Shown here piece by piece: positions 22,256-35,292 of a DNA stretch of 64,000 nt. Position 1 is the first letter of the stretch. The number at the start of each line of letters is the position of its first letter. Origin of the DNA: Hemiscyllium ocellatum (taxonomy: Eukaryota). The position numbers and the translations under genes are program-made. Below the pieces are notes generated by a model. That model was not told where the DNA came from, ran no database searches, and worked only from the letters and a program-made list of their open reading frames with translations. The stretch lies in assembly GCF_020745735.1 (NCBI RefSeq), contig NW_026867451.1, positions 124,001-188,000 on the forward strand. Direction: 5' to 3'.

Positions 22256-25200
22256 AGAATGAGTACCAGAGGTCATGTAAGGAAGTTTATCAGTAAAGTA
22301 CAGCTAATTAAGGGGGCTTGACCATACTCATGGACAAAAAGATATAAAGCAATCAGAGAACCAAAGAACAGAGTGTGTATATAAGGGGTACAAGAGACAG
22401 CGTGGATCAAGGCCTTGAAGAATTTAGAGATAGACATAAGTTTAAACTCAATACATTCGATGATAAAGTGCCAGTTAAGATCTCAGTCCTTTCTCTATAA
22501 GCACAAGTTTAAGTTGACCAGTCTTGTCCAGGCCAGCATTAAATGGGATTTTTATTTGCACTGTGCACATCTCCTGATTTCACAAGATATCTCAGTTTTG
22601 TAAATGCAATAGAATGCATTATCCACCGTTTCAGCAATTCCGTTAATAGAAGTTAACAGAAATAAACAACTTTCCAAAGCTGTCTTTCAACAGCCAGACT
22701 GATACAACATTCAAAATGGATCTGCATGTACAAAGTGGGCTTGTCAGGGGGTTTAATCATTTCACATTCGAAAACTAGATTCCATTTTAATGATATCAGC
22801 TGGATGTTGGATACTCCATTAACAAAAGGTTCCCATATTCAAACGGTTGTTTGCAAATATAGAAATTGGATATTGATATAAAATAGGACATGCTCTTTTT
22901 TTTTGTCTTGCATACATCAGGATAGCTGCAAAGATTTTGATATTAAGGGAAACAACATTTTACACTGAACAAGTTCTGATGCTTTGGAAAGTGCACAATG
23001 ATTGATCGAGATGTCCCCAATGGAAATGGACTGGTCAGATGGTGATGGACAGTTAACAGCTAAACTTTGTTAAGTTTGCAGTTGGCAGGTTGCCTGAGTG
23101 GTCAAGGTATTGCCCTGCCAAATGAGTCCGAGAATGGCCATCACCAATTTAGTCGAATCACAACAAGCATTGGCAGTTAACTGCCAATCATCACCTGGTC
23201 CATCCTCCATGCCTTTACCAATCAGCACTCATTACCCAGACAGATTAAATGCTTTCTCCCTTCTCATTGGTATTCTTGAGAGTGTCCTGATAAGTACAAT
23301 ACTAAAGACTTAAATAAAAAAACACTTTATTTCCATCAATACTCAAATGTCCATGCTGCCCCAGCTGGCAGAGGTGAACATCACTACAGTGTATCAGGCC
23401 GACAATGAACTGGTAAAGTTCTGCACTGGCCTCCGAGGGAAACCAGCAACAATGTCCTTGTGGAGACATTACTTTACCTTTGATCTTATACAGCAACAAT
23501 TTGAAAGCCATTGAGGAACAGGAATAAATAGAAACAAACTACATGCACATACACACAGCACACTGTTATGTAAAGTAATAGAGAGAAATGCTGCACGAAC
23601 AGGAAAATTAATTGTTATTCTGAATAGTGAATATGGCACCAAAAACACCCTTGTGATAATGACAGTTTGAAAATCTAGCCCACATTGGTTTGCAGCAGTT
23701 GAAGAGTTGTTCATTCTCTTATGGGCCCCACTCAGTTCCTACACCAGTATGTGACCATAGATTCAGATTGTTTTTAAAGGCAGATATCAATATGCAGTTG
23801 CACAGTGGCAGGAGTACGGCTATCCTATGGACAGCACTAAAGAGATCTCACACACATTGGCTCTTTAATAAAGAAATGGGGCAAACCTCAGAGATAGGGA
23901 AATGTAAATAAATGAACCACTAACAAGATTTCATCCAATTCGATAGTAACTGAGACCTGATCACCAAATTCAGCTGCCACTTGAAAGGATGCAAGAAGCC
24001 CCAAAAGGAGATACTCCACATTTCACTTGATTCTGTGTCACATTACCACAAGAGAGCTTTGTAGTTGCCTTCTAGCAGACATTATTTTTATCCATAAACC
24101 ACATCGGCTTGACAGAGAAGCATTGGTTCCGATCACAGATCAGAACTGAATAGTGCAGAACCACATCATAACTCATCTCGAGAAGCTGTGTCAGTGGGTG
24201 CTTCAGTTTGCAGTGCCTCTGTGTTCTGAGCTTCGGCCCCAATCTCTCTCTGTTCCCTAGTTTTTCTGCTAAGTTGCGGTTCCAGTCAGTTTTTATTTTA
24301 TCATTGTCCCAGGTTATAGAGGTTTCAGTATCATTGAGTTCACCAGGATAGCCCGTTGGGTAAATCAGCAGTGGCTCCACTGAAAAGGCTTTTAAATCCT
24401 GAGGCTCATAGAACAGCTTTTAGTTATCCCTATTAATTGACCTAATAATAATTAAGAACATTATATTTGATCTGCTTTATTTCCCATTACTGACTGCAAT
24501 GAATTTACTTCATGGGATACAGAAACTCACCAATGTGAATAAAAACCTCTTAAACTTTGGGCAAAATCCAGGCTATTGACTAAAGAGAATAAACTCCATA
24601 CAATAATGCAACAAAGAAAAGCAGATTGAAGTCAAATGATGCACAAGTTTGATGAAGAGCAAAACCCCCTCTACCCCAGCAGGAAGGCAAGTAGAAAAGT
24701 TGTGCATTTATGTAACATCTTAATGCAATCTCAGAGTATCCTAAACATCTCTTTCCAGATCTCTGAAACAAGTGCAGAACCCCTGGGGCCACTGTCAACT
24801 ACATACTATCAAACCCAGGGAATCATAGACGGAAATATCAGCATGTGCTCATGTAACAGTTTAAAATGGGTGTTTAATACCTTCGCTCGAGTAACTCGCA
24901 AAATTGTTTCGCGGTATGAACAATAAATGGGAATAGGTCACTTGGCCCTTCGAGCCTGCTCCACTATTCAATAAGATCATGACTGACCCGATTTTAATAA
25001 GCTGATAAAACATTCAGCTGACAATATCCCACTTTAGCTTCTCTTATTCTATCATTTTAGTATATTCCACTACATATCTATTCTAATCTGGAGAATAATT
25101 CTCCTGCTGTTAATCACTGATCCACACTGTACTGCTCTCCTCATGCACTGTTCTTTTCCTCAGCCTATCCTTTAGACAAGATAAAATACATTGGAACAGA

Positions 25201-25599
25201 CTCCACCGTTTGCTGGTACTTGACACAATGAGAACTACTGAAATATTTCAATACACTCCTTTGGTGGAAAATATAATTTGCTTTAATACTTTAAAACTGG
25301 TTCAATTTATTTTATATTTGCATTGAATGGTATTTTAGGTTGATCCAGATGTTAGTACAAAGTGAAATATTACAGCACTGAGATTTGTCTCATTCTCATT
25401 TGGTGGAAGTTTGGAAGGAGTGTTTTCTTACAACAGAGTGAAAACTGAACAGCAAAGTTGAGTAACAGTACATGCAGGTTCTGACAAAGCCAATTTTCAA
25501 TCAGAGATGTTCTATACAACAACTGAAGTACTTTTGACCATGGAGTCACATGTCAGAAATGTAATATCTCATTTGTGTCCCATGAGCAAAGCAGGAAGG

Positions 25600-25860
25600 A
25601 GATGATGACCAGATCATCTGCTCATCGGGATTGAGCGATAAGTATTGGCCGGGATATAATCTCCTCACTTTAATTCAAAATAATAAGGGTCCCTTTAGAG
25701 GGCAGAGTGGCTTTGTTTTAATGCCTCATATATATCTATTGTGCTGGATTATCTCCAGACTGCACTGCTGTGGCAGCATCAATTAGTCTATTCTAAACCC
25801 GATGGTAGATCTTGAACTCTCCAACTCAAAGGTCAGCACAATAGTCAGTGACACCTGAGC
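25600..25860 (-). mobile_element. Old DeuSINE-like (SacSINE1-like) SINE remnant
   Basis: Recognised motifs GAGCGATAAGTATTGGCC, TTTAATGCCTCAT and a CTTGAACT B-box-like remnant; very diverged. Confidence 0.4.
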
Positions 25861-26859
25861 AATACCCAATACTCTGACAGGCGGCTTATTATTTACATCC
25901 CCAGGGATTAATGAAGCAATTCAGGGAAATTGCATTGATTCTGTTTGAGATGCAAAACAGTCCTCAAAGGGGAGAATGATAGTCTCCCTAGCCCTAGATC
26001 AGTAGGCTTAAGTTCCTAGATTAGACTTAGTAAGCTTAAATTCCTGTCCTACCTATTCCACAGGCGTGTCATACATCGCTGAACATTTTAATGTTAAAAA
26101 AGGAAAGCCTCTTCAACCAATGGGCTGTTGTCATTTGGAACGCGCTAATTAGGAATCAGCACTTTGGGTCACCTTTGCTGATTCCCTGTGTGTTATACGG
26201 GAGTCAGTAATTTCTATCAGTGTCCACCGTTACAGCTACAACAAGTCCTCTAATATCTCTCCTCAATGGGTCATTCTTCCCTTTTGAATATGGGCAGTGA
26301 GCACTCAGTCCTATCTCTTCCTTAGCAACAAATGGCTGCCATGCTTCCAGCCTGCTGTCAGCAAGAGGTTAACTTGCACTGTCAAAGTGTGGCAATACTG
26401 AGAATAACCCTCCCCATTATGACCCAGGCTAAGATCACAAGATGCAGCACAAGTCAGTGTTTGTGTCCAGAATTAGATAACCAGGAAGGATGTTCTCCAC
26501 GGTTGGGGAGCCCAGAACCAGGGCTCATGGTCTATGGATACTGGCTCGGGCATGTTGGACTGAGATGAGGAAACCTTTCTTCACCCTGACAGTGGTGACT
26601 CTTTGGAATTCACTGTCATAGAAATTGATTGAGCCCAAAACGTATTAGTTCTTTTTCGGGCTAAAGGAATCAAAGCTTACAGAAAGAATGGTGGAACAGG
26701 GCACTGAGTTGGATAATCAACCATTGTCATTTTGAACAGCAGCGCATGCTTAAGGGGCTGAATGGCTCACTGTTCCACCCACTTTTGTGACCATTCTGTA
26801 GCTTGAAGAGATGTGTTGTGTTCAAAAGCTATTTTGATAGGGAAAAAAAAGAGAATGTG

Positions 26860-28380
26860 TTACTGTTTACAACAGAGTGACGAAACAATTTCAGATGATT
26901 GTGAATTGGTCTCCTCAAATTACATTGATCAATGAGGAAGTTCTGGAAAATTGGGATAAACCGCTGAGTTACCAGCCAGTTGAAAATCGAAGTGACTCGA
27001 AAGACTTAGTATAATCACATGGGGAGTATTGTAGAAATAACCTGGGAATTGCTAATCTCACTACACATAATATTGATTGAGGAAATGCTGTTCCAATCAA
27101 ACAACATCCTACAGACTTAACCTTTGGAGGTTAGCACAGATTCAGAAAGAGACTGAACACATGTTGAAAGACAATATAATCAAAATCAGTCGTATGAATA
27201 GACCTCACCTACATCAGTGGTACCACAGCCAGGTAATATCCAATGATTATGTGTGGACCTATGCAAAATCCATGCAGTTACTAAATCTCATACATGTCCT
27301 AAATCAAGTTTGGAAGACCATATTGAGAAGATGGGACAAGCAACTTATATTTCTCAGTACGACTTACTCAAAGGATGCTGGCAGCTACTTTTATTCAAAA
27401 AGGTGAAGACAATTTCAGCCTTCGTGACACCAAAATGCGCTGTACCAGTTTACAGTCATGTCATGTGGTATGAAGAATGTGCCAGCTACATTTCAAAGAC
27501 TAAGCAATGAAGTAATTTCTTCATTACCCAATTGCGTGGGTAAATAAATCATTGATGACCTGATTTTTAGTCACACATGGAAGGAAAATTTGCAGAATTT
27601 CTCAAAGTTATTCATTCGACTTTGGGAGGCAGGCTTGGTGATAAACCTGGCTGACAGCGAATTCAAGGAAACACAAATCACTCTCCTGGGCCATGTTATT
27701 GAACATGGCCAGCTAGCCCCATCCACCAAAACAGCAGTACGACTACAAAACAATCTTGATTATCCAAATGAGACGGGTGGGGATAACTAATTGTTCGGAT
27801 AACTGATTGTTCAGATAATGCATTGCTCAGATAACTGATCTGATTGCAAACAAAGGACCTTGAGATCTTGTTTGGATAATCTGAAATTTGGATAATTGAC
27901 ATTCGGATAACAGGGGTTGTTCTGCATTTGGTAGTGCTATGAGTGGGTTTTATCAGAAAGTTGTATGGAATCTTAAAAGTGTGGCTGTTTCACTTACTGA
28001 ATTACTGTAGAAATACAGGAAGTTTCAATGGATGGAAAACTGCCAGAAGGCATTTGTCAGCCTGAAAGTTGTGTTAATTACTGCCCCAATATTAGTGACA
28101 CCTAATAACCCAAAGCTATTCAAGGTAGTTATCGATGTAAGTGATCAAAGTGTCGGTGCTGTACTCTTACAAGAAAACAACAAGAAGATAAAAAGACTTA
28201 TCAATTTTTTCTCAGGAAGCTAAACATTCATCAACAGGAATATTTGACAGTTGAGAAAGAGACCTTGAGTTTGGTATTGGCGTTACAACATTTGCCAGTA
28301 ATGTATCTGAGACAACCATACATATTGATCATAATCCATTAAAGTTTTTTGGGGAAATTTAAGGACAAACATTGTAGACT
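26860..28380 (+). mobile_element. Gypsy/Ty3 LTR-retrotransposon pol remnant (RT and RNase H), many frameshifts
   Basis: Fragments DLLKG.WQ, SAFVTP, PATFQRL, IDDL, KAF.SLK..LITAPIL, F.V.IDVSD..VGAVLLQE, EKETLSLVLALQHF. Confidence 0.82.
27744..27926. mobile_element. Small TIR (MITE-like) insertion inside the Gypsy pol remnant
   Basis: Imperfect terminal inverted repeats TACAAAACAATCTTGATTATCC / GGATAACAGGGGTTGTTCTGCA and internal GGATAA repeats. Confidence 0.5.
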
Positions 28381-30099
28381 GGTGTTCGGGGCACGTCTTC
28401 ATGAGAAAGTCTCTACATTATTTTACAGGACATTCTGAATCTCCAGCAATTTCTCTCATGTTGTTTGATTCCACATTAAAAATACAATTTAGCCACATGA
28501 CAAATCAAACTTACTTTTTCGTCACTGCTTTCATTTCTGTCGAATTGAGATTATCATTTTTTTTTGAATGTTCGGTCTGTTAAAGTGCAATTGCTCAATA
28601 ACCACAAAATGAAAAGCAAACTAAAATGGTGTCTGGGTCTATAATTTATTGTCAGACATTAAAAAAAACCCAGCAGTCTCACAATGCTGCATTTCAAGCC
28701 TTGATCAGCTCATTTAAAGAAACCAGGTCAGACTCCAATCAGCCATGATGGTGATGAATGGCAGAGCAGGCTCGAAGGATTGCATGGCCTCCTCCTGCTC
28801 CAATTTTCCACATTTCTAAACCGGCTTCAATACCCAAGAAAACTGAAGATACAGAATTATAAGCCTTCAGCAGATGATTTAGGTAAATAGGTTACACATT
28901 CGAGTTTTTAGTCAGCATATAAAGTTAGTCCATTTGATCGCCCAGTATTGTTGCTTGAGGCTGAGGTTACAGTTCATTAGAAGCTTTCCCACCACTAAGA
29001 TGAATCTGGTTGTGGGATTTATCTACATAATTTTGAATAAAAGTATTTTAAATGTTGTGATTCTCCTGTCTCTGATTCCATGCCTCTATTTGAACAGGAT
29101 TAGATTGTTGTGGATATTACCACTGCAGCTTCAATGTTACTTTTCTCTGTATCCTTAGGTGTCACCAATTCAGTTGTTATCAGTTACCAACACTCACTGA
29201 CAATCAGCCTTTCTAATTGAAGCAGAAATTGCTGGAGAAGCCCAATAGGTCACAGGACTCCAAAACATTAACTCTGCTTTCCTGCCACAGATGCTGCCAG
29301 ACCTGCTGAGATTCTCCAGCATTTCATTATTGTTTCAGATTTCCAGCATCTGCAATTTTGTTTTATTTTAGCCTTTCTAAAATTCTGTCAAACTTCATCT
29401 CATCCAAGTCTCAACTACATTTTTTTCACCATGAACTGGACACCAACTTCCTCTTCATAATACCTCAGCAAGGCCCCTGCCCCTGTGAAGTTTAAAAAGG
29501 GCATTTATGATAATTGGCCCCACTCATTCTTTTGCTACCCTTTCACGGTTTATGACTAAGGATGACTTTTGGATTCCCTTTTAAAGTTAGCTGCCTTACT
29601 CTTTATTTCCCCTCTGAACTGTCTATATTTCGCATGGTTCTCACTGGGGTTAAAAATAAAACATATCCTTTGCAACATCATGCAGGGGGTTAGAGTATTA
29701 TTTTTGCCAACATTTCCTGCTTATGGAAATGTTAAGCTGTACTGTACAGCTGTAGCTGAACATTGCCCAGATTTGTGCTTTAATGCCCTTTCTCAAATGC
29801 CCTCTTGCCCCATTGAAATCAGCCCTCCTCCAACTCAGAATTATTCTGGTTTGTTCCTTTTTCCTTTTTAACACAAGCTAAAATCTTTTGATACAACGAT
29901 CGATGCTTTCTTAAATGACCCCAGTCTAATATTTAATGCATTTTATACATATTGTGTGTATGCACACAGATTCTGAAGTTGGCAGTGCAAATTGAAGATA
30001 TTATTAGGATTCTGAACATTATAAATAGGACCATTGCATGCAAAATAAGGAAATTATGACAAATGGTTCCAAACAGCCCAGCCTTTCCCTTATGTCTAG

Positions 30100-30600
30100 T
30101 ATTTATACAGCAAGCTTCAGGAAGGGATTTGAGAAGGTGCACAAAAGGTACACAAAAATGGTACCAGAGATGAGCAACTGAACAACTACGTGGATAGTTT
30201 GGAGAAGCTCGGGCTGCTCTTTATGGAGAACAGAGGATGAAGAAGACATTTTACACGTGTTCAAAATCATGAGGGATTTCAATAGAGTAGCGTAAAAGGG
30301 TAGGAGAATGCATTTGGATTGGTTACTGTTTGGATGGTTGGTGTGAACTTGTTGGGCCAAGTGGCCTGTCTCCATTCTGTATGGATTCTATTTAAAAAAG
30401 GCTTGAGAAGAAAAGGACGCTGATTTAAAATCATCAGCAAAATAAAACAACGGTTACAAGGAATCCTTTCTTTAAAACCAGCATAGTTCGGAAACTGGAA
30501 TGTGCTGCCTGATAGTTTAGTGGTGGAGGCAGCTTCAACTGAGGTCTTCAAAAGGAATCTACAATTTTCATAAGGAGAGGTTTTGCAGTATCAAATGGTA
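30100..30600 (+). mobile_element. CR1-type LINE 3' fragments
   Basis: RT C-terminal remnant and AACTTGTTGGGCCAAGTGGCCTG tail. Confidence 0.55.
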
Positions 30601-32627
30601 AAAGGACTTGGGAGTGAACATAGGCAAGTTCCTCTTTGAAAGCTGATCAAATCATTGCCTCCGAGTTGTTACCATTGATTGTTGTATAACATTGCACAAA
30701 CTACCAGCTCACCAGTTATTTCCTAATGATTTGTCATATCCTGATATAATGACTAACTTAGTCATGCATGTAACTAAGCTTACTTTGCAATCACTTCACT
30801 TTATCCAGGAGAACCTGCATTCCCATTTTCCTCACTGTTTGCACTGACAATGTTTCCAGAACTGCAATTCATCAAGGAGCACAAATTAAGTCATTTAACA
30901 TCAGTAAACTTATTTAGAATTAAGTCCAAATCAATTTAACAAAAAAAATCGCAGACTTGAGATTCAATATTCCAAGCCTGGTCGACTAGTTTTCTTCAGT
31001 TAGTCAATGACTGCAATTTTAATAAATTGCATTATTTTGTCATAGTGATAATAAAAGAACAGAGATATCCATGCAAAGTCAGAATCAGGTGGAACAGACC
31101 TTTAGCTGATAGTTGCTCTGTTCAAAAATAGAGATTATAGACAGGAAAGGTCCTTTCAGTGTAAGTCTAATGAGTTGCTGCAGTTCATTCTGTAGAGTGT
31201 AAGTGCTAGGTAGCCCAACATCGTAGCTCAGTGATGGTGAAGGGAGTGGAAATTAGGTACGTTAGTTCTTTTGCCAGTCAACCAAACTGCTCTCTCTTTG
31301 ATCATATTGAGCTTCTTGACTATTGTTGCAATTAAACAAATCACCAGGTGAGCAGTGAGGATTCCAATGCTCCTGATTTTAGCCTTGTAATGGTGAAGTT
31401 AATGAGGGGGTAATGACAAAGCAGTATACCTTGTATCTCAGTCTTGGAATCTTGCTAATGTAACTAGTTATTGCTGCATTCACCACCCATCCCCCTGGAG
31501 TGTATTGATAATGCTGTCCTATGATCTAAAAAATGTTGCTGGGACTTTATTTGTTTCCAAAATGCATCGTGAACCATCTTGTTCGTGTTGGTATGCGGTT
31601 CTTTTGACTTCCACAGGATGACTATAGTACACCACAATGAGGGAATGCAGGGGTTGGGGTATGGAAGAGACAGTACAGAGTGAAAAGAAGAGAAAACCAT
31701 TTATTTTGTAAGTCACCATTGTTTATAGACATTTCTGGGCTATGCAATACCTTCATACTGAAAGTCAAGCAAAATTCAAACGACCATTGAAAAACTTTGG
31801 ATGTTTTATGCTGATTCAAGATTGGTCTCTCAAAATAAGCCTAGCATTTCTGAACCAGTCAAGCAGTTGTTTTCCGTGATTGTTCTCATCTGTGTTTGTG
31901 TTCACCACGCTGCCATGGGATGCCTTCGTGAGGCAATCCTGACATAATCTTACAACAACTGCCAGCACTTCCCTTTCTCATTATTGGATCCCTAATATAG
32001 CAGATTTAATCTGATATTAGACCAAACAAACTTGCCAATTTGTTCCCTTTAGTTTTGACAAACTTAGGTTTCCACTTAATTCACAGTGTGAGGTGTTGAC
32101 ATTTTTGCAGCTGCAACTGGTCATAAAGTGCCAGTTAAATAATTTTAGATATGTGTATGTTCACAAAGTTAATGTTTGGCACTTCTTATCAACATCAAGA
32201 GTTTTGGCTGTGAGGGCTGGTGCTGGTGGGTGGGGAGTAAGGAGGTCAAATAAAGACTTGTCTGCACTGGGACAGAGGGGAAACATCACAAATGCAAGGA
32301 TTCAAGTTTAACTTCCTTATCCCGGAAAAAAGAAACTCAAGGTCTTTCTACACTATTGCTAATTTAACCCTTACAAGCACAATTTGTAACTCAATGTTTG
32401 ATTCAGAGTCCGAATACAGTAATTTCGCATTATTCAAATTCATTGAAGGTTCATGTCATATTAGTCAGTATTGGCTGTTTTGTTGAAAAGAGAATTTATT
32501 CCTTTTCTTTCCTGTTTTTTCATCCGTTCGGAGTTTATGAAAGATTTGACCATAATAAGCCCGGGAGTAATTACAGGACTCTGACCCAGAGCAGTGAAAT
32601 GATCTCAGTATTTAGGCTTCTATTAGA

Positions 32628-32940
32628 TTAGATTAGATTAGACTTACAGTGTGGAAACAGGCCCTTCGGCCCAACAAGTCCACACCGACCCGCCGAAGCG
32701 AAACCCACCCATACCCCTACATTACCCCTTACCTAACACTAGGGGCAATTTAGCATGGCCAATTCACCTGACCCGCACATCTTTGGACTGTGGGAGGAAA
32801 CCGGAGCACGCGGAGGAAACCCACGCAGACACGGGGAGAACGTGCAAACTCCACACAGTCAGTCGCCTGAGTCGGGAATTGAACCCGGGTCTTCAGGCGC
32901 TGTGAGGCAGCAGTGCTAACCACTGTGCCACCGTGCCGCC
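32628..32940 (-). mobile_element. Young full-length HE1/V-SINE (tRNA-derived)
   Basis: A box TGGCACAGTGG and B box GGTTCAATTCC on the minus strand, V-core, CR1-shared 3' end, (TCTAA)n tail. Confidence 0.92.
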
Positions 32941-34618
32941 CATCAGAGGCGGCATTAGTTGATGACATCAGTGAAACAGTATGGATGTGATGCTGCCTGT
33001 ACTGGATTTACCATGAAAGTACTTTATAAGCTTGATTCAAACAAATAACTATTACTAGGGAAAGTGCCTGACTCTGTGGATACACATGACCTCTGGCCAA
33101 ATTAAATTATAAAAAGTGTGAAGCATACCATGGAGACACTGTATGGGAGATAAATCAAGGTGAGGAGACCAGGAGCTGGTCCCAATCCATCGCCATATTT
33201 CTTCAAATATGTAGCCATATTTCATCAAATGTCACCAAACTTTGGAGACCATGGCAATGATTTTGGAGTTAGTGTGGAATGGGGAGTGGGGGAGTGAAGA
33301 TGAGCAGGAAAGCTAAATAAAGCCAAGCGGTGAGGTGGGGTGAAGGAGAGGAACCCAATGCTTCAGTATTTTCACTATAGCTCCAATGGCCAGAAACACA
33401 ACCCCAATATTGATAAGCAAGCAATTTCCCATCTCAGCATTTCGGGTGATGGTACTACTGTTTAAGAAAACTCTGCCACTTAATATTAAATTCCTTGGGA
33501 GGTAGTCTCGCAGCCTCTTGAATGTAGTTGCTGTTGTTTGAACTGGCATTTGTCGCATCGCACAAAACATTTGAAGGAATCAATGGTTCTCCAACATTCC
33601 CTTTCACATTGTTGTATTCCAAATGAAGCACAATTAAACCACATCAAAATCAGATCAAATCAAACTTGTTTCTCATGTCTGGCAAACTTTGATTCCCATC
33701 CTCCTGACAATCTGGTCTGTCAAAATGTCCCCAGCCACAAGTCATTGTGAAGCACAAATTAAACAAAGGACTTACATCTATAAATGACTTGCAAACATTT
33801 GAAATTAAACCCTGAAGATCAAACAGCTCTATTGAGCTGATACAGCATTTTTTTAAAAAAGAGGAATCACTGTTATTACCAGGAATAATGCAAATATTGG
33901 GTGGGGCTGTGGTCTGGAATGGTGGTGTTTGCTCTAGCACTGGGAGATGTTGTCAAGAGGAAGTTCCTCCAGAAATCTTACAGAAATTCCTGCTCTTCAG
34001 AAACACCTTTTCACATGACATTCTGTTAAAAAAGGCCACTTTCAAAAGCTATGACTGCAATATATGTTGGCTTTTTTCAACTTTCACAGAGGTTTGCAGC
34101 ACACCATGGCCTGTTCTTTTTGAAGAGATGGGGGTGAGGGGAGGTGGCCAATGTAATAGTATTGGGAAGCAGAGACTTAGATCGTCAATGTGTTGTCAAT
34201 ATGTTTAGCCTCATTGCACAGTCCAGTGCTTGGAAGTCAACAACTGAAGGCCTGAACATTGAATGACTGGAAATGATTATTGAAAGACTTTGTGTTAATG
34301 CATGTCCAATTATTCGCTGGCTTTTAATTGGGAGGTGGTAGAATTTGGAAAATGGCAGGTAGGGAGTCTGGCACCTTCTCATTGCTAAGCCATGCTGACA
34401 TAGACTATTTCTCTTTGACATCTTGACTCTCCATGATCTCTCAGGCCTGCCTCCCTCATTTCCCTGATTGTGCCCACCTTTGCAGCCTTAGCAATGAACA
34501 GTATGAATAGTACGGCTCAGAAATGTGCTGACCTGTCCTCCCTCTTACTGGAGTAACAGCTCTTGAAACTAAGCTGCACCGTCAACTGATGAGTAACCCT
34601 GGCAAGAATCTCTTCATT

Positions 34619-34711
34619 TTAGATTAGAATGGAGTTGGAAAAGCACAGCAGGTCAGGCAGCATCTGAGGAGCAGGAAAATCGCCGTTTCGGGGAAAAGCC
34701 CTTCATCAATG
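34619..34711 (-). mobile_element. Short family-A PLE terminus with mutated hammerhead and 15-bp TSD
   Basis: AAGAATCTCTTCATT at 34604-34618 and 34712-34726; the core is mutated (TTGATGA, GGC triplet). Confidence 0.7.
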
Positions 34712-34924
34712 AAGAATCTCTTCATTGGTCATTGCTGGCAATATATCATCCTTAGCAAATGCCAAAACTTCCAGGTTTCAGTCCCAGCATCAGGTCTGCA
34801 GCATTCACTGCAAGCTTCCACCTAAAATGTCTTTTTACACGACTAACAATAGAGCAAAGATTATATGCCAGTCAATAATTTCTTTAATGTAAAATAACAA
34901 ACTGTGGAAGTTGACAATCTGAAA

Positions 34925-35105
34925 GATATACAGAAGTTGCTGGAGAAACTCAACATATTTTGCAGCACCTGTGGAGAGAAAGCAGAGTTCACCTTGAGTC
35001 AAGTGACGCTTCTTCAGAGAGGTCTGAAGTTCTGAACAGGAGTCATTCAACTGAAAACATTAACTCTGCTTTCACTCCACAGACACAGCCAGACCTGCGA
35101 GCTGT
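34925..35105. mobile_element. Degenerate fold-back PLE-type terminus (family D)
   Basis: Inverted arms sharing CAGAGTT/AACTCTG and hammerhead-like remnants; a related piece lies at about 29220-29370. Confidence 0.45.
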
Positions 35106-35292
35106 TAGTAGACAGTCACACATTGTAAACAGCTTACTTTTCAATGACCTTCTTAGTTTCTGGTGAACCAGAATTCCCAGCTCCCTTGCACTTTCAGCAG
35201 TTGTTGTTTTCGGAGCTGCAAATGGTCATCAAGTGCCATTAAGTCAATGTAAGCAAACATTTATGTTAAGAATAAAAGCATTTTTAGAAACT

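Noticed and set aside
32860-32940. tRNA genes (also 55884-55960, 56330-56400 and a fragment near 12790-12850)
   Set aside because: These are tRNA-derived SINE heads without a full cloverleaf.
12217-33895. Scattered octamer motifs (ATGTAAAT at 12217 and 15478; ATGCAAAT at 33888)
   Set aside because: Several are expected by chance in about 40 kb of AT-rich DNA, so they are not evidence of an enhancer on their own.
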